A stretch of DNA of 63,249 bases, the filler included, from Phoronis australis (taxonomy: Eukaryota; Animalia; Phoronida), in NCBI GenBank assembly GCA_002633005.1. It is 5 parts of 5 records of this genome, joined end to end, with 100 filler letters (N's around TTAATTAATTAA, not from the genome) between each part and the next. Parts side by side here need not be neighbours in the genome. Positions count along the whole stretch, not along the records: positions 1 to 16,982 come from NMRA01000011.1; 4 more parts are not named here. One strand, given 5' to 3'. Below, in pieces: positions 1 through 13,800 of the stretch. Numbering within the stretch: position 1 is the first letter of the stretch; each line of letters opens with the position of its first letter. The notes below the pieces were generated by a model. It worked only from the letters and a program-made list of their open reading frames with translations. It had not been told where the DNA came from and made no database searches. A program made the translations under genes and the position numbers.

Positions 1-94
1 AGAAAGTATGAACGCAACGGAATAAAGACCGTGAAAAATGAAAAGTGTCGTGTATTCAACAAATTCTGTATAACATTTACCTCTGTATATTCAA

Positions 95-965
95 AGCTCC
101 TCAACGGATTTTCATGAAATTTGGCACATAGCCATCTATTAGGGAGATAGCGTTATCCTCCCATTTTCGGATGTATTTGAGGTATTTTGTCCACCCAGTG
201 GCCATTTTTTTACTGGTTTTCGAGTCTACCCCTCTATCAAACAAACCATCCATAGAATGATTGTGAAAATTGGCATATACGTTCTTAGTGTGAAGAGAAC
301 GCCGGGTTGACGATAACCTCCCGACTACTTTGACTACTTTGGCTCCTCCTAATGGCAGTTTTGTTTTTTGTATCACCCATGGCTGTTTCTACTAAACCCA
401 TTGCAGGATCTATATTAAATTTAGCAAGTGTATTTATATGAAGTTGACAGCGAACGACGACGACTTTCAGACGGCAATTTCATTTTTTTGTCCGTTTTCA
501 CCTGTTTCTCTGAAGTTCCTTGACGGATTTTTATGAAATTTGGTAATCAGCTTTCTATTACAGAAACGGCGTTTTTGGATGAATTGACATAGTTTACGCC
601 ATCTAAGGGCCATTTTTATTGTTTCCTAGTCTGTTTTTGGCGTCCACCCCTCTGCCAACGAAACCACTCTAAGCATAATTTTGTAAATTAGCATATAATA
701 TTCTTAGTGTGAAGAGGACGGTTAATGATGATTTTCCAACGACATCGACCACTGTGGCACCTCCTAGTGGCAGTTTTGTTTTTTGCGCCCATAGCTGTAT
801 CTCCTAAACCCACTGCAGTATCTTGATTAATTTTAGTACGTGTATTTATGTGAAGTTAACAACGGACGATGATGACTTTCAAATGAATCTTTGCCCCCTT
901 GTGGCAATTTCATTTTTTTCCTCTTTTACTTCTAAGTTCCTTGACGGATTTTTATTGGATTTGGT
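95..965. repeat. Degenerate tandem array with a unit of about 420 bp (just over 2 copies)
   Basis: ACGGATTTT(C/T)AT...ATTTGG recurs near 101, 521 and 941. Internal blocks TTCTTAGTGTGAAGAG, CTAAACCCA and GGCAATTTCATTTTTTT share the same period. Confidence 0.75.
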
Positions 966-1662
966 AAATAACATGTTCCTGTTTTGGGATGGATTCAAGG
1001 TATTTTGCGGTTTTTTGAAGTGTTGTATGGAAATGCATCATACACTAAACTTAGCATACCTTCAAAAAACTGGGGTTTTGAACGGAATTTACATATTGTG
1101 AAACTTTTAGCTGNATTGAGGCTACTCTTTTAGTTCAGAGATATCACCTAAAATATATGATCTAATATCAACAATGCAATATCACAAAAAAATTAAGTTT
1201 CACTTTTGAGACCCCAAACACTCTGTTTAACTTTACCAATAGCACTTTAGGGCTCGAAATTACATGCACTTCCTGTCACTGCACAGAATAGGGAGGAATT
1301 TCCTTCTTGTACATTTGGTCCATTTTCGTTACTAAAGTGGGATCGCGGAGGAAATGTGGCCTTCATTAGCTGTGTTAAAGGCGTCAGAAGTCATCTGAGG
1401 TCATGCAAAGGGTCACAGAAGTTTGAAAGTATATCGTAATTACAGTTGAGTCTTGCCAGAGCTGGAGAGAGGAGGCTGGACTGGCAAACCGATGGAAATA
1501 AAAAAAATAATTGCAGGCGGTCTGATACACGTTGTACCAGACGTGTGCAGGCCTCGCATGTGGGCCCATTGCACTGATCACGTGGAAATATTTTTATGCT
1601 TTATTAATATAACGTTAAAACCGAGGTCAGGAGCTAGAAACCTGGCTTAAGGGTTCAGCAGT

Positions 1663-1735
1663 GTGACCTGGTGGGACTCGAACCCACGACCTCGAGTAAA
1701 GAAAGCGGGCACTTATCAACCAGGCCACACTGCTT
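1663..1735 (-). repeat. tRNA-derived (SINE-like) segment
   Basis: The minus strand has an A-box-like TGGCCTGGTTGA and a B-box GGTTCGAGTCC with a T-arm stem, but no acceptor stem. Confidence 0.55.
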
Positions 1736-2340
1736 CCTCAACCAACGGAAATGCGCCGTTATATGTTTTACACATCGACATGAGTTTGGACTTGACGTGC
1801 TGTTATCCAGAACACACGTCTAGAACGAAGCGGAAGATTGAACTGGACGTTGACTTTCGCATGTCGCAAAAGAGTTTTCGCCAGTTTGATTTGTTAGTCC
1901 CTGTTGGTGGAAGTAAGATATTAGTAGCAATTGCTAAAAAGTTACTTCATATTTATCACAACTGTTGGCCTGGGTCAACAGGCCATGACCTCAGTTCAGA
2001 ATATTGTATTAGCTTTCGCTGACAACTTTCGACTTACTGAGTGCCCAGGTGCATGGTGTATGAAAAGAAGCTCCAATCATTATTATACCCCACGACTCAA
2101 AAATTGACAATACAGTTCACCTCCCTTTAAAATTGTAATGGCAGTTGATCATAATTTTTCACTTATTCAGTACTTTTTGCCATGCAGTCATCTGTGTCTT
2201 GTCGGTCAGCCGTATTCAGATGTGCACCTCATCAGTTTCTGAATGGAACACGGGTTTTTATGAGCCCACATGACAGATGACGACAAATTGCGGATGGATC
2301 CAACAACTGGTGTGCCCCCTAGTGGCAATCCTAGTTTTAT

Positions 2341-2560
2341 ACATTTACCTCTGTATATTCAAAGCTCCTCAACGGATTTTCATAAAATTTGGCACATAAC
2401 CATCTATTAGGGAGATTGCGTTATCCTCCCATTTTTGGATGTATTTGAGGTATTTTGTCCACCCAATGGCCATTTTTTTACTGATTTTCGAGTCTACCCC
2501 TCTATCAAACAAACCATCCATAGAATGATTGTGAAAATTGGCATATACGTTCTTAGTGTG
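2341..2560 (+). repeat. Near-identical direct copy of 73-291
   Basis: The same roughly 220 nt with a few substitutions, ending at a single N at 2561. It explains the twin ORFs 101-376 and 2369-2731. Confidence 0.9.
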
Positions 2561-4829
2561 NGCTGGTATTGAATGCAGTGCCCGAGCAGTATTTGATGTC
2601 CCCAGTCCACCAAAAATGAAGACGTCAAAAAGTTCTACAGAAATTATGTTACAGCTGTGGAATAGGCTTTTTGCATTTCTGATTATCGTCTCACAAAGCA
2701 AGTACTGGAACATCACGTGTAGAAAGGACAATTAGTCAAAATCTGGTTTTCGTATTTTACTAAGGTTGATCAGATTGAAACATTTTATGAATGGTTAGCC
2801 TGTGATTTGAAGAGGGCCAAAGTGAAACTGATGGGTCTTTTAGAGTCTGAATGGTGGGCTGACATTTTGTTAAACCCAAGCTATCCATATCATTTTGCTT
2901 CTCAATGACACTGAAACACCTCTGAGTAAATTAGTTATCAGCTTCAACGCATTTCGTTGGCAAAAAGAGCTGTTGTTTTCTAGTGAATAGAGAGTGAGAA
3001 GGTTGGTTAGATTTTCTTGTTGTATTGGTGTATGTGTTGCCTATTTTGTACGTTTTTGGAGATTGTGATTAATTTAAGCTCCAGTTGTGGCTAAGTAACA
3101 AATATGATCTTGTGGTCTAGCTTTAGCTTACCTGAAATATTTACTGTTATTGATAGTATGAACAGTGGGTATAGAAAATAAAAATTTTAGTTTTATCATC
3201 CATCAAAAGTCTTTTTAATTCAGTTTTGTATGAAGTTGTGTGGCTAGTGAATATTTTGATTGCTGTTCAGCACCTCTTTAACTTTTTTGTCATGACATTT
3301 TGAGCTTGGACCGTACCTGTTATTTTTCTGAAATTGCAAATGCCACTGGCGCACTGCCACCATGCTCGGCCGCTTTTGTGTAGTACAAGAAGCATTGCGT
3401 AACCTTTGTATGTCCAATAACACGACACTTCTGCTCGTATCCACCGTCCTCTTCACTTGTGATCAGCAAAACTGAAAATCCGCGAAGAAAAAATCTCTCA
3501 TACAGCTTCCCATGATCTCCTTCGTCACTGATGTAGCAAAACGAATGATATTTTTTTCTATTTGGCTTCTTGGTCGATAGAAAATTGCACAATCGAGTAG
3601 CGCCTCCTAGAGTCTTTTAATCTAACTGAGAGATTGGCAAGAAAGTGTGTAAGTTATGTGAAAAACTGACTGTACAAAAACTATGAAAGAGACAAGATTT
3701 TTTATTTTTGCGTTGGGCTGAACAAAGACAGCAGTAACAGATGGAAGTTAACTCATGTTCCAAAAGAATCCGATATAGATTTGGGAGAGCGCTAAAAATG
3801 CGTTAAAATGGCCTAAATAATAAGCATTGAAAATGACATCTTTGTAGGCTAAAATGGGAGGAAATAAAAAATCAATAAATCCATTCGAACTAATTTTTCT
3901 TGTATGTTGTTCTTCTTTCTGCTATATAGTTATTTTTTCATTAGCGTGAAGCGATGATGTGTTGTTGCTGACAAAAAGTCACCTACTTCCCAGTACTTTT
4001 ATTTGCTATTTTTCAGAAAAAGTACAAAGTGGTCGTTAAAAGGGTTAAAAAAACTCAGAAACTTTTAAAAAATCCGGCTCAGGTTTCTTTTGACAAGGCC
4101 AGCTGATGTGCTAAGTTTCAAAAAATGGTGATTTTGCATGTATAGCCCACCATCTGGTTTTTATGTGGAATTACTCTTAATATGTTCTTCTGTAACGTTG
4201 AGAAAGTGTCTTGTTCTGGAATTAAGGTAATAACAACATGATTGATGAAAAAGAGTTTCCTAGATAGGAGTGATGTTGTCATTATCAGCCAACCATAAGT
4301 GGCTAAGAATTCCTTTTGAAAATAAAAAAATGCCAAATGTTCGTTTACATGTACAGTGAACGGTCAAAGTGGCGGTAAGAAAATTAATGTCTTTGATGCA
4401 TAGGTCCGCATAGATTCCAAGCTCGCGAAAAATATTGCTAGTGGCTAAATATTCCGTTGGAAATATGGGAATCGGATTTTGTGGGAAGTCCGTTGCTCAA
4501 GCTTGTATTTTCCTATATAGTAATGCGCACAATAGCGGCATATGGAGTTTGACGAACTTTGTATTGAACGAGCTTGCTCCAAACGTGGACTTACGCCAAA
4601 GTTTACGAGTTGCCTTAAGTCTTCGTTTGGTCTTCATTTAAAAACGGAGTACATATTAATTCTTTGTGAAACTTGCTCCTGTACCACAACCACCAAAAAG
4701 AGTGCAGTACTTAACTTGTGGTCAAATATAAATAAATTATGCATCGCCCATCGTTTAAATGAGCGACTGTTTTTCAGACTGAAAAATTTTTACGTTTGCT
4801 CCTCATAATCACAGTCTGATGTTTTGCAG

Positions 4830-7800
4830 CGGTCAACATTGACAGACAATAGCTACAACAGTGACGAGTCAGACGAGGGCAAAGCCGTCGAAACGAGATT
4901 TCCGCAAATCCCACAAAAGTTGAATGACATTGATGAGGGCGACCATAAAGCTGATGGTGAAACTCTTGGTGACAGCACGTTACCGACAGAGGACAGAGAT
5001 CAGCTCTTGGAAGGGACGAAAGAGTCGGAGTTCACTGTTTCGCCTGAAGAAAGTGAAACAGACGAAAACTACACAAGAGATATCACTTCAAAAGACCAAG
5101 AATGGCAGGGAAATGTTGGATATGCGGAAAATTACATTGACAGGAACGATGATGATAGTATCGAAGAAAACATTGACAAAGTGGCTCAAAGCGACCAAAT
5201 GTATGGAGGGGAAGGCTCTACAACAGGTGACGCTACTATGCAGGACAGTGATAATGATGCTGTCACTGCAGTTTCTTACGAAACAGGTGACAAAGAAAAG
5301 GAAAGAATAACCGAAGAAGCCGACGGAAACCAACGCATTATTACGCATACTGAAAATGACTCCAATGAAGACGAAGATCTTGATAAAACTGACGCGGAAC
5401 TGCCAAACATTGTCATTTTCCTTGCTGATGACGTGGGCATTGGAGACATTGGCTGTTTTGGGAATGACACGATCCGTACACCTTACATCGACAGTATTGC
5501 AGCTCGGGGTGCTAAGTTGACTCAACATCTAACAGCGTCACCCACGTGTTCGCCCAGTAGAGCAGCGTTACTGACTGGGAGATACCCCAAACGGCTAGGT
5601 ATTTTGATTAAAGAGGCCTACAAATAACTTTTAAACTAAAAGTGGCCGAGAATTTACTTCTTAAGATATGCTAACGTGAGCGTTATTCACTCTGAAAATT
5701 GCAAATTTTTCTAGAAAAAATAGCCAGTGTCACTATTTTTGAAACATAGGACGAAGTATAAACTCTTTCATCCCAACAGTTTTCTAAATCTAAGCCCCTG
5801 ATAACATATATGCGCGCATGCTCTAAAAGACTTACCTAGTAAAGGTGGCACTGAACAGTTATCGCGGCCAAATTGCAGTGCAAAAATATTAAAATCTAGG
5901 TGTAAGCCAAGTTGTTTGCGAGTAGTTTGTAGGTAGATGTTGCAAGTAGGTTCAGTGAGTGTGGTTTGTATTTGTGAACATGTTGAGAATGACGTCCAAC
6001 TATAACTACACTCTTTAAAATCTATCGAGCCCCTGTTGCACTTGTGCATTGGTGGGTAGCGACTTAGAAATATGGTGCGATTTCAGGTAGCCCTCAAAGA
6101 AGCCAGAATTCCAAAAACAAATAAACTAAATGGTTGATTGTACTTTTGAACCAATTTTTGGAATCTATAGCTGGCCTACGTCATGCATCAGCAGGGAAGT
6201 GGTGGTTTTGGGATGAAAAGTGTCGATTTTGTGTGTTTGCCTCTTTTTAGCCTCCCTTGCTTTTCGGCAGAAATGAAAGGGCCAATAATACAAGACGCAA
6301 TAAAACTTTAAATTTGTGCTCATCTGTAGGGATTTTGGTGTGAAATGACTCAAAACATGCCAATCTTTAAATACCTGTGCAGTTTTAGACAGAGTGAAGA
6401 AAAGGTGACAGGTCCACCGAGAACTGTTCAGTGCCCCAAACCTTTACCAAGTGCATAATTGCGATGTTTTATTTTATGTCAAAGATCAAAGGTCATATTT
6501 TCCATATAAGGAAAATGTCTGGCTATACAAGGTGAAGAGACGAGTTTTGGCTTTTGGGAGAAAGATAGACAAAACGACGAGTGGTTGACAAGTCTTTTTT
6601 ATTGAAATCAGAAACTAAAACGAAAATGCTTTCGAAATTAACAGAAATTCAAAATCTTTACTAATATATCGGTAAAAATGTCTGTTGAACACTTTGACGT
6701 CTGTCTCAGAGGCCGAGATACATTTTGAATAATGCAATTCATTATGTTTTCATGTTCTAGGATCGTTTCATATTACATGGTTAATAGATTGCACTGGGCC
6801 ATTATAGAGCCAGCTAGTTGTATCTATAGAGCCTGCTAGTTGTATCAAAGAGCCTGCTAGTTGTATCAAAGAGCCTGCTAGTTGTACATGTATCTATAGA
6901 GCCAGCTAGTTGTACATGTATCTATAGAGCCAGCTAGTTGTACATGTATCTATAGAGCCTGCTAGTTGTATCAAAGAGCCTGCTAGTTGTATCTATAGAG
7001 CCTGCTAGTTGTATCTATAGAGCCTGCTAGTTGTATCAAATAGCCGGCATAACTGCGAACGCGAGAATGGATGCCTGAGAGGTTTACCTGCTGTCCTGCC
7101 CACGCTCAAAATTAATTACACCCTGTCGTCTTTTAAGCGTTTTAGAGTCCCAGTTAATGAGTTCGAACTGTCCAGATTCCCATTGATAGTTGATTCAATT
7201 CAAAATAATTAATTTTTTCAAATTCAATTTAGGTTAAATTATGCATACGGAAACGATTTTTGCTGAAGATGCAACCAATAGTATCTAATCGTCTATTCCG
7301 AAACTATGAAAATCTGTGATTAAATTAGCCACAGTATTAAACAGCGCAGACGTGTTCCACACAAAAATAAAGACGGTGTTGTGTATGCCTTCAATAAAAT
7401 GACAGCATGCATTTTCCATAATGAAGTATTTTCAAGTACTACCTTTGTAGGCTTTATTATTTCGACTGTTTTCTTTTAGGCTTGGCCACACGACAAATTA
7501 TGTCCGCCTTTCCGTTTTCGAGTGGAAGCGGTGGTCTCCCATCTGATGAAGTAACATTTGCAGAGATTGTAAAACGTCGAGGTTACAAGACTGCGTTAAT
7601 TGGTAAGAAACAGGTGATGATTTTTTATTTAACATTTTGCTTCTACTAGCTAAACAGTACATTTACAAGGAGAGATGTCACAAAAATATACCTAATTTTC
7701 TCAAGTTCGTTACAAAAACTTATGAATACTATAATGCTGAAAAATTTAATGCACATAAAAACTTTGTATATGACAGCTTCTCTGCGAAATGGGAAAATTT

Positions 7801-10800
7801 TATTGTTCATGTTAACTTCATGTAGAAAATATTTACTTTAAACGAGATATGAGAATGGTCGTCCTGAGATGTGCATGCGTGAATGAATGGTGTACTTATT
7901 TGTTTGTTTGTTTTTGTAATTGTTTGTAAATGATAATAAATACATAAAAAAAGAAAAAAAAGAAACAAGTGATAGTTTAGACTTACCGTGACACCGACGG
8001 ATGGAATTTTATTCACGTACAGTATACATTCTATTAGTACGGACAGCTGCTTTGATAACTTGATTAGTACGTTGTACCTTATAGGCTTTGTAAGTCACCC
8101 TCTATTGGATCGTGGCACAACTCTTGCACAAAATAAACTGATTTTTCCGGAAGTCAGTGTGTGCTGAATATCTGTAGTTCTTAACTAAAGGGGGAGTGAC
8201 GAAATTTACTGAGTAACCAAGCATCAGCACAGTACCTACCCGTAAACATGTATTTTTAATCGTAATTTTCAACAACAATCAGTATCATTACTAAAGATAT
8301 CACCAGTGCTATTTGTGATTGGAATCTTTAGTATCGTCTTCATCTCCTGTCGTTGATCATGCATGTATCTTCACATACACCTAAAGTTGTAATAGGAGAA
8401 AAAGACCATTAAATTGTTGCTTTCACAGCAAATACAGGTCTCGGGTTACCTTGGAGGCGTTTTTTGACGTTCATTACCGTTGCCCTGCACTATTTTTCAA
8501 TCCTTGCAGCATTAGGAAGTGTCGTAAACTGACCAACAAAAGGTCTACACCTTGATTCTGAATTCGCTGCCAATACCAACAAACACAAATGAGCGCCATT
8601 CGTATTTTCTGAATGAACGTGAATTCAGAACCAATTAGGTGCGAACTTTTTGCTGGGTCGTTTAATCATGTTCTATTGTTGCATTGATATTAAAGTCATG
8701 ACAGAGAACACGCGGGAAATGTCTCTCCAAGATAACCAGGACTTGTATTTCCATCAAAAACAGTGTTTTCCGCTTTAACATGACTACATCACCATTTGTT
8801 TTTCCCGAGCTGTTATGTGCACTGCATGCATCATGCTACTAGCGCCCCCTATCAATCTGCGACTTCCATGTGAGCAACCCAGCAACATCATTTTTCTCGG
8901 ACTATTTTTGTTTATAGAATAATGCTGCATAAAGAGACGCAGATCTTTTAGTTTTACGGTACCACTCATGTTGCAAACGGGTTAGAGCCTACGAGATCTA
9001 TTTTCCAAACTCTGCTTTTCTGAATGGTGCTGGTACAGAAATATGGGCCAACCCTGAGGGTGATATCAGATCGTGTGTAGGTATGGATCGAGGAAGAATA
9101 ATGGAAATTGCTCTTCCGAGGCCCATATGATGGGATATCTATATCTATTTTACTACATGATAACTGGTGTATCTTAATTCCTCTGATTTTTTCATCTCTA
9201 ATTAGATTTCTGTTGCCTTGGCGTATTATCGTCTGCTCGCTTTGTTCACACGCGATTAGGTTTCTACGGAGTTTGATCGGTTCGCTCGAGGGCAGCGACG
9301 TCTGCCGTCTGGACGTTAAACAAATTAAAGTGATATTCCACGGCTAGTTGTCGTTCAGTGTCTTATCCATTTAGTTGACAAAAGTGTAAGTGGTTATATA
9401 TTAATAAGTATAAGAATACTGGATAAGAATAGGAATAAAAATAATAAAAATAAGATGTTAATAATGATAATGATAATGGCAATGGTAATGATAATGATTC
9501 TGATAATTGTACACTTCTTGAACCGAATTTTATATGGGCTCTGGATGCTTTTTAGGCAAACCACAGTTTTCTTTTCAGGTAAATGGCATCTTGGTTTAAG
9601 TCAGCGCCACCTTGGAGACAACCAACATCACCCCAACTATCAAGGGTTTGATTATTTTTATGGAACCCCGAATAGCAACTTTGAAGACCTAGGTCGAGTG
9701 AATAAACCTAGTCTAGTCTGGTCCTTCATTCCCCACCTGGATTGGTTTAAGAACAGTTTGCGGGCATTGTTCGTGTGCGCGGTTGTAAGTGCAGTCCTCC
9801 GAGTCAGAAACATTCTGCGAACACCGATCTGTTTGGCTATCATTCTCGTTCCTGCCGCTCTTCTGGGGATTTTGGTTTCCATCCTCACCAATATCACAGT
9901 TTGGAACGGCATTTTTATGAGAAATGGCGATCTAGTGGAACAGCCGATAGATTTGACGAACATGTCCCGGCGCCTGGTACAGGAAGGTATTGAATTTCTG
10001 GCAGAACGAGAACGAGATAAACAACCCTTCCTTCTCTTCATGTCCTGGTTACAGTGCCACACAGCCCTACACGCGACTAAGGAATTTAGAGGTATTGTAC
10101 ATGGATGCAATGGCACCCGCTCACCACCTAACACAAATCTGTTTAGTTGTTGAAATTATTTTATGTGGTTCATCATCATCATCATCATTTTGTAGTCGTT
10201 TGTGGTCGTTGATAGACTGGGCTGGCAGACAAACGGACAAACCAACAGGACGGCACTGAGACAACGAATGAACAGAATGTCCGAAAACTATATATACATT
10301 GTATATATGTTCGCAACCTGCAAATTATACCCAAAAATTATATGTGCTATCAAACTCGTTTTGATTTGAAAGCCATTCAACGGCTAATTTGTAAGTAGAA
10401 CCGTCCACTCGCATGCCAGTTTTGCCCTTTGCTGTAGTCTATCGTTTCGTGTGACTTTGTTTCGACCTCTCTAGTGTGTTCATGTATAAGGGATGATGGT
10501 ATCGGTGGGCTTCCCGTGAGCGTAAATCAAAGATTGACATGGTAACCGGGCCCAGAGTTGATGAAAATGGCATTGTATCGAGTAAGATTTTTCATGATTT
10601 GCTATTGTTTTGAGATATTGAATTGATTTTTTTAATGTGCCGTGACAGCACCGGAGACAAACGTATTCTTCTGCTGCCAAACTTTGTCGGTGCGTGAAAC
10701 ACCATGTGACACGTGGAATATCGCCCCGAACCTTAAGTTACACTTGAGAAATGAGCATTCTATCCATTGGTTGTATATATGTGCTCATACGGACAAACAT

Positions 10801-13800
10801 GGTTTAGTATCATTTTGATTAATTCACGTTGTCTTTCCCGTTTTCCTTGTAATAACATCCAATTCCAGCCGCTGCAATCCCGAGTCATTTCTTCGCTCAC
10901 AGTTGCGTTGCAATTTATGAAATAAAGCAAAGGCATATGTAAGACTATCACATTTTATGTAGATCGAAGTCGCCATGGACGCTATGGGGCCGAAGTTGAA
11001 GAAATGGATTGGAGCACTGGCCAGATTTTGACCTCACTTCAACAGTACGGTTTAGCTAAGAACACCTTCATATACTTTTCGTCCGACAACGGTGGCCATT
11101 CGGAGCTTCACGAAGACGGTGAAAGGGCCGGTGGACACAATGGTGTATTTAAGGGTACGTGAATAGGGATATTTGGCACAAGAGGGACTTCCATCAGGTT
11201 GGTTTTAATTGGGGATAAACTGCAAGGCCCGGCAGGTAGGGGCAAGCAACATGTACTGTAGCCTATGAGGCTGCTATTGCTGCGTCCCCATTTTTCCCTT
11301 GACCATGATTTTGACGGTGTATGATTAGCGCTGCCTGTTATTGGGCGTTCTGATAACAACACATCCACGTGCTAGTACTGTTTCGGCGACTAAACCCACT
11401 AGGAGAGGCTTCGATTGTTACCTGCTACGACACCAGACCCCATTACGAGAAAGCAAACCCAAGCGCTAGGTGATGCTTCGGCTGAAAGCTTATAGGACGG
11501 CAGAACCCACTAAAAAGCGAAACAACACGTCAAATATGCGCCTGAGAAGTATTTCGCGTGTGGAAGTTCAAATTTCAAAGATCAAGTCCATATGAGTGTA
11601 AAATATGAAAACAACTTCTAGACATTAATTCAGTATATAAATAATGTATTGTGTTCATTGTGTTCTTAAAGAGGCATGGTACACCAAAGCTCATCAAAAT
11701 GTCTTTTAAACGAAAGTACCATTTTGCAACGTGTACTACAGAGTTATTCACTTCCCTGTTAGGGAATTTCCAGAAAAAGTCACAGAATTCACGATTTTTG
11801 AAATACAGGCGAATGAAAAACGTTGTAGTGACCACAGATTTCTAATCTATGCACGCATGCACTCACAGTCATTTGAAAAACAGCCGACTGACAACAATGT
11901 TATTAACGACAGATTTTCCTGTGTGGTTGCACTCCAAATTTGAGGTCCATAGCACTGTAAGAGGCAAGCCAAAGAAGCAAGCAATTTTTCAAAAAGTAGC
12001 TCCTAGCGCGTTTTGGAATGTAGTTGGCTACTGTCAGAGATTGACTGTGGGTTTGTTTAAAAGGTAGCTATGCTTTCAGTTTGTGCGTAGATGGAGAGAG
12101 TGATAAAATCCGATAATTAATTCATTATATGATAACCACTATTTATACAAGTAAAACCTGTTGTTAATTAATGTAATCAACTACAAAGAAGAGTAACTAC
12201 GCTAGCGCCCTCTTTAAAGATTACTTCAAGCAATCAAATTAATCAAATGTCTTATCTGCTATCCAAGCTGTAGGACTCTCCACTTGTTGGATGACAGTCC
12301 TATTGGTGAATCTTCGAACTACACATACTGTGTTGCGATAGTGTACTTGTTGGTCACAGTCTCTGGTGACACAGCACTTGCAGGCAGTATCTTCTACCCA
12401 CGATTCTTCTCGCTGGTCAGAGTCTCTTGTGACGCAACACTTGCAGGAAGTGTCGTTTACCTACGATTCCTCTCTCTGGTCACGGCCCTCGTGACGCAAC
12501 ACTGACCTATAGGCAGTATCTTACTACCCACGATGCAAGTGACAAGCTCTTAGTTAACTTCCAGTTCGTTAACCCTTGTCCTTGCCTACATCCACTTTAG
12601 AATCTTCCACAAGACGGCTGTGTTGTACAATTTACTCTGTACACTGTAGCAAGTCTTTACAATTTGCTCTCAAAAATTTCTAGATTCTCTAGAGTGCTTT
12701 GAACCCAGAACCAAAGTAGTAAACACCATCTAACAATAGATTTTGACGTTAAAATACCTATCAGCAAGTTTGACCCCGTCATTTAAAAGTACATAATATG
12801 CACAAATTTTGGGCAACTTAAAATGGATCTATTCATACTAATTGCTTCATTAATATTTATTCTGACAGATACTAGGATACCTTTATAACTAATTTTAAAC
12901 GGTTATGACTTATATCAATTGCCTCTTAATCTTTCTTGCTGCTCCTTGAAGTCGGCATTGTTTTATTCACATGAAAGGTCGAGGGTCACATTTACGTACA
13001 TGTATGAGGGAAATGCGCTACGTCTATCAAGTAAGAAGACGTGTTAAGTCTTGTAGGAGAAAAATCGACGAAGTGACAAGCAGTTCACAGAATGCTTTGA
13101 CATTCAAAATCTTTACGAACAAACCATAAAATACCTCGTGGGCAGATTGAATTTTGCTTTTAAATTAGTGGCAAAGAACGACCACTTTGAATAGGAATGC
13201 AATTTAGTGTGTTTACAGCGTTACAGGCCTCTTCAAGCGCGCTATATCTTAACCTACTGTAGCGCATAGACACAAGCATATTTTGGCATTCGCCAGAGCT
13301 TTCAATGAACGTTGAAGACGATGAATTTACTAAAGCTAGAGGGTTACCTGTGCATCGATGTTACTATATTTTATTTTCAGGCAGCAAAGCCCAGGGCGGA
13401 CAAGAAGGCGGTATACGGGTACCCACAGTTGCAATGTGGCCTGGGCGCATTGCACCGAACACCGTTATCGACACCCCAACTAGTCAAATGGATTTGTTAC
13501 CAACTCTTGCAATGCTTGTTGACGAAGCACCGCCGGGTGATCGAATCATCGACGGACGAAATATCATGCCGCTGTTAAAGGGTACTGATACACGCTCTCC
13601 TCACGAATTTCTTTTCCATTACTGTGGCATATGGATGCACGCCGCCAGATGGTCGCCTAGGAATAGTAAGTATGTGCACACGTATTCCAAGCCAGAGTTG
13701 TAACAGGGGCGCGTAAGAGATCACGTAAACCACGCTGCAAGACCTTGCAAACATTACACGAATGCTTTCTGGCCATACCAGCGAACACTAGCAAAATGAT

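Noticed and set aside
101-376. Twin ORF shared with 2369-2731
   Set aside because: It lies in a duplicated repeat and has no domain or splice support.
5088-5528. Antisense or alternative-frame ORFs over real exons (also 9658-10134, 24809-25252, 27911-28264, 51408-51653)
   Set aside because: They are shadows of coding exons with no recognisable protein features.
6440-6730. Similarity to about 12960-13200
   Set aside because: Probably an old dispersed repeat, but too degenerate to delimit by eye.
11666-12217. Possible third TTAA-flanked element (TTAAAGAGG...CCTCTTTAA)
   Set aside because: The inverted match is only about 5 bp beyond TTAA, too weak to call.
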